Source of the DNA: Planctomycetota bacterium
Lineage (GTDB): Bacteria > Planctomycetota > UBA8108 > SXIK01
Assembly: GCA_965223845.1 (NCBI GenBank)
Contig: CBDCXR010000004.1
Coordinates: 3,296,001 to 3,360,000 of the forward strand
Direction of reading: 5' to 3'
DNA length: 64,000 nucleotides
A model generated the notes under the pieces. That model searched no databases, was not told the DNA's origin, and saw only the letters and a program-made list of their open reading frames with translations. Shown in pieces: positions 57,304 through 64,000 of this stretch; position 1 is the first letter of the stretch, and the number at the start of each line of letters is the position of its first letter. The translations under genes and the position numbers were made by a program.

Positions 57304-57906
57304 ATGCAAGACCTCGAAACCCGCATCGCCAACTTTCAAAAGATGGCGGAAGCCGACCCGGAGAATGAGCTCGCGCACTTCAGTCTAGGGAAGCTGTTCG
57401 GCGAGGCGGGCCGGCACGCCGAGGCCGTCGAGTCTCTCCGTCGCGCGCTGGCGCTCAAGGACGACCACTCGCTCGCGCACCAGCACCTCGGCACGTCGCT
57501 CCTCGCGCTCGGCGAGAAGGCGGAGGCGATCGAAGCGTGGACGCGGGGCGTCGGCGTCGCCCATGCCCGCGGGGAGCGGATGCCGCGCGACAAGATGATC
57601 GAGCTCCTCGAAGCTGAGGGCGCGCCCGTGCCGGAGCTCGACGATACCGCCCCCGCCGAGCCGGAGGTGGCCGAGGGGAGCTTCCGCTGCGAGCGCTGCC
57701 AGCAGGTCGGCGTCGCCCTCGATGAGCCACCGTTCTCGACCGAGCTCGGCCGCAAAATCCACGCGACGATCTGCACCCGCTGCTGGCGCGAGTGGATGGG
57801 GATGAGCGTCAAAGTGATCAACGAGCTTCGCCTCAATCTGATGGCGCCAAAGGACAGCGAAGTCTACGACGGTCACATGAAGGAGTTCCTCGGACTCGGC
57901 GATTGA
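57304..57906 (+). CDS. TPR repeats fused to a YggX-like Fe(2+)-trafficking domain
   Basis: ADPENELAHFSLG TPRs; C-terminal LDEPPF.TELGRKI...CWREW....VKVINELRLNL...HMKEFL. Confidence 0.8.
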   Translation: MQDLETRIANFQKMAEADPENELAHFSLGKLFGEAGRHAEAVESLRRALALKDDHSLAHQHLGTSLLALGEKAEAIEAWTRGVGVAHARGERMPRDKMIELLEAEGAPVPELDDTAPAEPEVAEGSFRCERCQQVGVALDEPPFSTELGRKIHATICTRCWREWMGMSVKVINELRLNLMAPKDSEVYDGHMKEFLGLGD

Positions 57907-57969
57907 CCTAGGGCCGGAATCTCCGAGCTCGAGGTTGGCGATGGGTCGGCAACGCGCTCGACGCTCAAT

Positions 57970-58257
57970 TCAGGATGACCGCCGACGGCGTAGCTCGTAG
58001 TGCCCGTAGACGCGCTCTCCTTCCGGTGTCGTCTGCGCGACGACGACGATCGCTTGCTCGGCCGGATCGTAGCCCGCCATCGCTTTTCGCAGATTCGGGT
58101 CGGCGTAGCGCTCGGACATCTTCGCGGCGGAAAGGTAGACGAACTCACCGTCCCAGTCGGAGATAAACACGGCGCCTTTCCCGTCGCGGCGGAATCCCTG
58201 CTCCGCGAGCCGAAAGATTCGCTCCCAGTGGGCGTCGATTTCGTCGCGGTCAGACAT
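57970..58257 (-). CDS. Small hypothetical protein
   Basis: 95-aa ORF with protein-like composition, directly downstream of the glycosyltransferase gene. Confidence 0.6.
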   Translation of the reverse strand: MSDRDEIDAHWERIFRLAEQGFRRDGKGAVFISDWDGEFVYLSAAKMSERYADPNLRKAMAGYDPAEQAIVVVAQTTPEGERVYGHYELRRRRSS

Positions 58258-58302
58258 CGGCGGGGAGGTCTCGGGTCTAGCTCGATGGATCGCCGGACGT
58301 CA

Positions 58303-59580
58303 TCAGAACGCGGAGGCGTTCACGGCTGCTTCGCGTCGGCTCGGCTCGAGCGGAAGGCCGAGGATTCGCCAGAGCATCGTCGTCGCGGCGGCGATTCCGC
58401 GCTCGGCCAAAACGCGTCGGTGTCCGCTCTCCTCGAGCGACTGACGGAAGCGGTCGATCGTGAGCACGCGGGAAATCTGCACGGCGAGAGGATCGGCGAA
58501 GTCCGCGATCACCGCGTCCTGAAACGGCCGGAGACGGAGCCCGTACGCGCCGACCGAGGTCGTCGCGAGCGCGCGGCGCGCGACGAGGGCCTCGACGGCC
58601 CGCTGCCGGACACCACTCCCAAAGCGGAGCGGGAGCACGACGACGCTCGCCTCGGCGTACTCTCGATCGAGTGTATCCACCCAGCCGACCCGATCGACTG
58701 CGTCGCCCGGTGCGACCAACCTCGACGCGGAGCCGACGATGCGGAGGCGACAGCTCGGGACGGTCTTGACGACGCGCGGGAACACCTCCGTACGGAACCA
58801 GCGGAGCCCGTCGAGCCCGGCCGTCGACTCCGTCGTGACGCAGAGGATCCGCGGCGGGCGGATCGGCGGCGCCGGAGGGGCGAGATCGTTCCACGAGAGA
58901 ACGGGGAACGGAGAGTAGAGCGCGTCTCCGCGAAATCCGATGCTGCGCAGCTCCGCGACGTCGGTCGTCGATTGAACGAGGAGAAAGTCGGCGAGCTCGA
59001 GAAGCCGGAGCTCACTCTCGGCGGTCCACCGGGTCACGAACGCGTCGGCACGACCGTGCGACTCATGACTCGCGAACGAAACGCTGCTGACGTGCGGCAG
59101 GTCGAGCAGACGCAGGGTCGGGCGGGGAAAGCAAGTGAGTGCGCGTGCGAGGTACGCACCCCCGACGACGATCACGACCGCGTAGTTGCTCGGCGCGTAG
59201 TTCCGGTGGAGAATGCGCTCGAGCGTCGCCGGGAAGTGGAGCGAACCGCCTGGGGTCGTCGGCGCACGGGAGGCGTCGCTGAGGAGCGAGGCCATCCGCG
59301 CCCGCAGACGTCCCCGTCGCGACGCGTCCTGCGCCCCCGGGACTACGCGATAATCACGACACCAGCGACCAAGGATCCCCAGCCGATCGCGCTCCGCGCC
59401 GTCGAGTGGCTTCTCTTCGACGAGCACCGCGTCGACGTGGGAGCCCCGGTCAGCGAGCTCACGCGCCAGGTCGATCACGCGATCGAGGCGAAATCGTTCG
59501 GCGGGGGAACCGTGAGTACCGGCGATGAGGAGGACGCGGATGCCGCTCGGAGCGATCGCGCCATGATCGTTCATAATCAT
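58303..59580 (-). CDS. Glycosyltransferase family 4-like protein
   Basis: DGLRWFRTEVFPRV...LRIVG...GWVDTL...VVLPLRFGSGV...VEAL...TTSVGAYGL. Start about ATG 59580 or 59574. Confidence 0.8.
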   Translation of the reverse strand: MIMNDHGAIAPSGIRVLLIAGTHGSPAERFRLDRVIDLARELADRGSHVDAVLVEEKPLDGAERDRLGILGRWCRDYRVVPGAQDASRRGRLRARMASLLSDASRAPTTPGGSLHFPATLERILHRNYAPSNYAVVIVVGGAYLARALTCFPRPTLRLLDLPHVSSVSFASHESHGRADAFVTRWTAESELRLLELADFLLVQSTTDVAELRSIGFRGDALYSPFPVLSWNDLAPPAPPIRPPRILCVTTESTAGLDGLRWFRTEVFPRVVKTVPSCRLRIVGSASRLVAPGDAVDRVGWVDTLDREYAEASVVVLPLRFGSGVRQRAVEALVARRALATTSVGAYGLRLRPFQDAVIADFADPLAVQISRVLTIDRFRQSLEESGHRRVLAERGIAAATTMLWRILGLPLEPSRREAAVNASAF

Positions 59581-59936
59581 CGTTTTCGACCGCCGGCCGA
59601 GGATCCTTCGCTCGTTCCGAGAACGTCTCGATGTCACCGGCACTCGGTTCGAGCTCCGAAATCCTTCCCCGGCGCGATCGGTCCCGCGCCGGTCGGATTC
59701 TGGGACGTTCAAGGTTTCTCGACACGCATGGAACGACCCAGAGGCTGCCGGGTCGCCTTCCAGACTTGGGAGCGCGCGACACCTCGCGAATGGCATCGTC
59801 CGGCCCCGACGATGGTTTCTCCGCAACGTTTTCCCGCACCGCGTCCTTCACCGGACTCGGTCGCGTCGATCCTCGCCCCCACGCACCCGCTGCACTCTGG
59901 CCGGATGCGAACTACGGAGAGGCCGCGACCCACGCC

Positions 59937-60893
59937 ATGAGCTTCGACCTGATCACGATCGGCAATGTCTGCGTCGATCTCTTCGTGCCCGAGCACGAGC
60001 GTCCCCCTTCGGGTGGCATCGCCCTCATTCCGTCACTCTCTCTCGCGCCGGGAGGAAACGGGGCGAATACCGCGGTCACGGCCGCGCGCTTCGGCGCACG
60101 CTCCGCGCTCGCTGGTCGCATCGGTGATGACGTGTTCGGCGACTACCTCGCTCGATTCCTCGCGGGCGAAGGTGTCGACACGGCGCTCCTCGAGGTGCAC
60201 CCCGAGCTGAGCACTCCCACCACGCTCGTCTTCAACGACGACACCGGCGAGCGGAGCTTCGTCCACTCGCCAGGGACGAACGCGACCTTTGCGCTATCTC
60301 CCGCGGTGACGACAGCAGACTGCCCCACGCTTCACTTCGCCGCGCCCGAGCTCCTCGGGAGTTGGTGGCCCGACGGCGCCGTCGACACGGCGCGGCGCGC
60401 GAAGGAGCGCGGAACGACCCGCGTGAGTCTCGATCTCTTCGTCTCACCGGACATGAGCCCAGCGGAGCTCGCCGAGAGCCATCGTGAGATCCTCGCTCTC
60501 ACGGACGTGGCTCTTCCGAACGAGCCCGAAGCGCTCGCGGTCACGGGCACTCGCGACGTCGACTCGGCCATAGACGCGCTTCACGGGGCCGGCGTCCCGC
60601 TCGTCGTCGTCAAACGTGGTGCGGCCGGGGCCGTGGTCTCAGAATCCGGTCGGCGGACCCTAGTCCGAACGGCGAGCGTGCGCGCCCTCGACACGTGTGG
60701 TGCGGGCGACAGCTTTGCCGGCGCCTTTCTCGTCGGCCTCTCGCGCGGTCTCGAGCCGGCTCGCGCAGCGGAGTTCGGCTGCGCGGTCGGCACCGCGTGC
60801 GTCGAGGAGATCGGCTCGCTGACCGCGACCGCGCGCGACGACGTTCTCGCCGCGTTCCACGAGCGGTTTCCGTTCCTGACCGCCGGCCGGTGA
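59937..60893 (+). CDS. PfkB family carbohydrate kinase
   Basis: GGNGANTA, GRIGDDVFG, PNEPEA, VVKRGAAG, DTCGAGDSF. Start ATG 59937. Confidence 0.92.
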   Translation: MSFDLITIGNVCVDLFVPEHERPPSGGIALIPSLSLAPGGNGANTAVTAARFGARSALAGRIGDDVFGDYLARFLAGEGVDTALLEVHPELSTPTTLVFNDDTGERSFVHSPGTNATFALSPAVTTADCPTLHFAAPELLGSWWPDGAVDTARRAKERGTTRVSLDLFVSPDMSPAELAESHREILALTDVALPNEPEALAVTGTRDVDSAIDALHGAGVPLVVVKRGAAGAVVSESGRRTLVRTASVRALDTCGAGDSFAGAFLVGLSRGLEPARAAEFGCAVGTACVEEIGSLTATARDDVLAAFHERFPFLTAGR

Positions 60894-60948
60894 CCGGCTC
60901 TTCGATTCCTGACCCTTTCTTCCCCTTTTGATCCCAGGAGAGTCTTCG

Positions 60949-61686
60949 ATGGAGAAGCGAACCTGTCTTGTCGTCGCCGGGCTCGCCGCCGGAGCGGTCG
61001 TCTTCGGCTCTCTCGCGCGGACTCCTCTCGCGCGCCTCGGCGTGATCGAGAGACACTTCGACGCGGTTCTCGCCGACGAACGAGCTGATCGAGCTCGCAG
61101 CACGATCCCTCTCCACCCCCGGACGGACGGAACCGGCGCGCTCGGTGCGGGGCGCGTCGGTCTCTTCGACGCGCTTCAGGCCTTTGCGGATACGACGCAA
61201 AAATCCGTCTACGTCGACCGGAGGATCTCCCCCACGACGACCGTGAGCGTCCGACAGAGAATTCGAAGGCTCGACCTCACCGAGCTTCGCGTCCTCCTTC
61301 GCGACGTGGACCTCGAGATCTCCTCGGAGCTCGTCGACGGCAAGACCGCGTACCGAGTCGAGCCGCCGCTCCGTCCGACTCGGCGGAGAGGTTCGCTGTC
61401 GCCCGCCCGAGGTGGCGGCGGCGCGAGCGAAACGAAGGACTCGCGCGGGACTCCCGGCCCGTCCGCTAGCGACGGAATCGAGCTGAGCGAACGAGACTCC
61501 GCGAGCAGCCCGAAGATCTCCCTCTACGAGCGGCGCGACGGGAACGGCGCCGCCTATGTCGTTCAACTGGTGACGGACGATGCCCGCGAAGCGCAAGAAG
61601 CGCTCAGCCTCCTCCGCGCGCTGCGACGCGGCGAAGGGAGAGAATCCAAATCCGGGTCAGCGTCCACCGTGCGCCCTACGCGCTGA
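60949..61686 (+). CDS. Hypothetical exported protein (possible STN/secretin-N0-like domain)
   Basis: AGGAG SD, N-terminal hydrophobic segment, LFDALQAFADTTQKSVYVD...VSV. Confidence 0.55.
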   Translation: MEKRTCLVVAGLAAGAVVFGSLARTPLARLGVIERHFDAVLADERADRARSTIPLHPRTDGTGALGAGRVGLFDALQAFADTTQKSVYVDRRISPTTTVSVRQRIRRLDLTELRVLLRDVDLEISSELVDGKTAYRVEPPLRPTRRRGSLSPARGGGGASETKDSRGTPGPSASDGIELSERDSASSPKISLYERRDGNGAAYVVQLVTDDAREAQEALSLLRALRRGEGRESKSGSASTVRPTR

Positions 61687-61776
61687 CTCCCCGAAACGGA
61701 TAGCGCCACGAATCGTCTGTCTTCGCACGAGATCGCGCCTCTCGTGGAATCCTTTTCGAAGGGACGCAAACGCGCT

Positions 61777-62826
61777 TCAGTCCTTCAGCGCACTCCCGAA
61801 GTCGCCGCTTCGAAGACGAAACGAGCTGTGGACGTGATTCGCGCCGTTCTGCGTGTTCGAGTAGTTGATGACGTAGCTCGGCGAATGGACGAGATACGAG
61901 TGCGCCTCGAACGGCTTCGAACTTCCGCGCCACGCAATGTGGAACTTTTTGAGTCCGCCGTCCTTCTCGATCTGCTTCCAAACGCCCCGCGAGACGTCCG
62001 GGGGAAGCTTGAGTAGATACGCGTCGACCCAGCGGCGGAGGATCTCGATCTGCGCCTCACTCAGCGAAGCGGCGTCGACGCCGGCCGGGAACGGTCCGTC
62101 GTAGGCCGCTTTTTGCGTCGACGGAACTTCATCCGGTACTTCCTCTCCGAGCGCGCGGGCGCGCTGCGCATCATCGAGCGCGTTCATGAACTCACGGGGA
62201 ATCGTCTCGACGTACTTGAGCACTTGGAGCCCCTTCTTCGGCCCGTCCTTCACCGTGCCGGGATTCGATCCGAAGAATGACGGCGTCGCCGAGACGAGCC
62301 GGTCGCCCTCGAGCTGAAAGTTCACCGAAAGATGGTGACCCTCGTAGCGCCAGCCCCACTTGCCCGCCTTCGACGGCGCGCCGAAGAAGCTGAGGAAATA
62401 GAGCTCCGGGTCGCGTGAGAATCGGCGATTCGGCCCCTCGATCTGCTGCAGGACCGCCTCGAGGCTTCTGACTTCCTCGACCTTCTTGTAGCCCGCCGCG
62501 CCGAGTCCCGCGACGAGGAGCGCCTTTAGCTTCGCGCGCTGCGCGACGCTCAGCTTGCTGAGGACGACGCCGACGCGGTCGCGCGGAACGAAGTGCCAGT
62601 CGACGTGCTCTTTGCCGCCGAAGGCGAACGTCGCCGCCTTGCGCCCGTCCTCTCCGAGCGCCTCGTAGAGAGCGGTCGCCGCCGCGAGGATGCGCGGACC
62701 GGAACGAATGCCGTCGGCGGTCGCGGACGAACCGAGCTCGGAGTCCAACCATCGGGGGACGACGACCGCGCTCAGCAGGAACGTCGCCGAGGCGAAGAAG
62801 AGGCACTTGTTCATGTTGCTGACCAT
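61777..62826 (-). CDS. DUF3500 domain protein
   Basis: WHFVPRDRVG, RDPELYFLSFFGAP, WGWRYEGHHLSVN, TPSFFGSNP, NHVHS. Confidence 0.88.
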   Translation of the reverse strand: MVSNMNKCLFFASATFLLSAVVVPRWLDSELGSSATADGIRSGPRILAAATALYEALGEDGRKAATFAFGGKEHVDWHFVPRDRVGVVLSKLSVAQRAKLKALLVAGLGAAGYKKVEEVRSLEAVLQQIEGPNRRFSRDPELYFLSFFGAPSKAGKWGWRYEGHHLSVNFQLEGDRLVSATPSFFGSNPGTVKDGPKKGLQVLKYVETIPREFMNALDDAQRARALGEEVPDEVPSTQKAAYDGPFPAGVDAASLSEAQIEILRRWVDAYLLKLPPDVSRGVWKQIEKDGGLKKFHIAWRGSSKPFEAHSYLVHSPSYVINYSNTQNGANHVHSSFRLRSGDFGSALKD

Positions 62827-62967
62827 CCGATTCGTTCGGAACGAGACATCGAGATAGAAATGCGATCGCCGGAATGGAAACGCGACCGCAGCGGCGCTCA
62901 GTATACCCGAATCGACGAACGCGACGAGGAAAGCTTCGCTCCGGCCGGAGCGAGGGCGAGGGTGCGA

Positions 62968-64000
62968 TCAGTTCGTCTCGCCGCCCAGCGACGCTACGGG
63001 ATACCCGACGGGGAGCGCATCCATGAAGGCGCTGACCGAGAACACCGCGCGACCGCAGCCCGGCTCTCCGTACCCCGGAGGGGCCGGCAGGCGATGCCGC
63101 TCGAGCGTCTCGCGCCAGACGCGAAGAAGGCCGACGTGGTACTCGAGCGGGGCTGGTCCCTGGTCACGGCCGAGCACGCTGAGCGGCTCCGGACACCACG
63201 TCGTATAGCGAGGAGTAACGCCTTTCGACATGAAGAACTCGAGCCCTTCACCGGTCGAACGGAGCGCCGCTTCGACCGATTCGAATCCGTGGGGACGCGC
63301 GAGCTCGACGCCGGCGACGAAGTTCGGGATCACGCGCGACGGATCGAACACATTGGCGGCATCGACGATGCGACGCACCCACTCGTCGCGGCCGATGAAA
63401 CGCTCTTTCCCGGGGCAGATCTTCGCGAAGAGGTCACGGTCCCAGACCTCGTAATTCGGGTGATAGATCTGGACTCCCGCGTCGATGAATCGGTGGAGAA
63501 CGTCCTTCGGGTGCGCCTGCACGACGAGCTTCGAGATCCAGCGGCCGGGGAAGCGATCGCGGATCGCGCGAGCGTACTGCGTGTAAAACTCCACTTCGTC
63601 GAGTCCACCGAGATGCCGCGTGATGCTGCCGCCCGTGATCGTGAGCGCGCGCGAGCGGCGCTCGGTGTCCTCCTCGTCGATGATGGCGAGCGCCTCGAGA
63701 ATTTCATCGACATCTTTCACCGTGTTGTACGAGCGGCCGGCCGCTTTTTGTTGGCGGACGTTCTCGTTGATGTCGCAGAACTGACACTCTTCCTTGAACC
63801 CGAAGTACTGGCACTTTCGGTACACGGTGAGGTACACGAGGTAGCCCCACTCGATCGTCGGCGCGATCTCGGTGAGGGAGCGGCCACTAGCGAGATCGCG
63901 CCGGTAGTAGGACGGCACGTCCTGGAGCTCGACATCGGAAAGCTGTTCGCCTTCTGCGAGGAGCGCGAGCCGACCATCGCGGACATCGACTTCGTAAGGC
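62968..64000 (-). CDS. Radical SAM protein with CX8CX2C motif (start lies beyond the right edge of the window)
   Basis: RKCQYFGFKEECQFCDIN, ITGG, NYEVWD, ICPGKE, NFVAGVE. The frame stays open to the window end (PYEVDVRDGRLAL...). Confidence 0.85.
   Translation of the reverse strand, partial: PYEVDVRDGRLALLAEGEQLSDVELQDVPSYYRRDLASGRSLTEIAPTIEWGYLVYLTVYRKCQYFGFKEECQFCDINENVRQQKAAGRSYNTVKDVDEILEALAIIDEEDTERRSRALTITGGSITRHLGGLDEVEFYTQYARAIRDRFPGRWISKLVVQAHPKDVLHRFIDAGVQIYHPNYEVWDRDLFAKICPGKERFIGRDEWVRRIVDAANVFDPSRVIPNFVAGVELARPHGFESVEAALRSTGEGLEFFMSKGVTPRYTTWCPEPLSVLGRDQGPAPLEYHVGLLRVWRETLERHRLPAPPGYGEPGCGRAVFSVSAFMDALPVGYPVASLGGETN

Overview
GC-rich bacterial chromosomal window, almost certainly Planctomycetota. 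The evidence is a DUF1501 + DUF1549/DUF1553 pair, a planctomycete cytochrome c-WD40 protein, a membrane-anchored ECF sigma factor, and mcsA-mcsB-clpC together with lpxB and bamA. Most genes are housekeeping or metabolic: smpB, tRNA-Leu(CAG), a sulfatase, gndA, tRNA-Val(CAC), aroB, lpxB, folC, clpC/mcsB/mcsA, nusA-infB-rbfA, a GGDEF protein, yebC, bamA, mutS2, eda, an SSS transporter, proC, a PfkB kinase and a radical SAM protein. Four features stand out. (1) A non-coding head-to-tail array of a 143-bp double-hairpin unit lies between infB and rbfA; it decays in one direction and is anchored on a perfect 24+1+24-bp palindrome covering the infB stop codon. (2) Four divergent paralogous genes downstream of smpB carry five copies of an unrecognised CxxC...CxxC + two-TM domain. 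(3) A SelW/Rdx-family selenoprotein gene (CVQU, in-frame UGA plus a SECIS-like hairpin) was missed by the ORF track. (4) An extremely acidic, aromatic-patterned protein is translationally coupled to rbfA. No integrase, transposase, CRISPR array or rRNA was seen. All calls come from reading motifs by eye; no database searches were run, and several start codons are best guesses.
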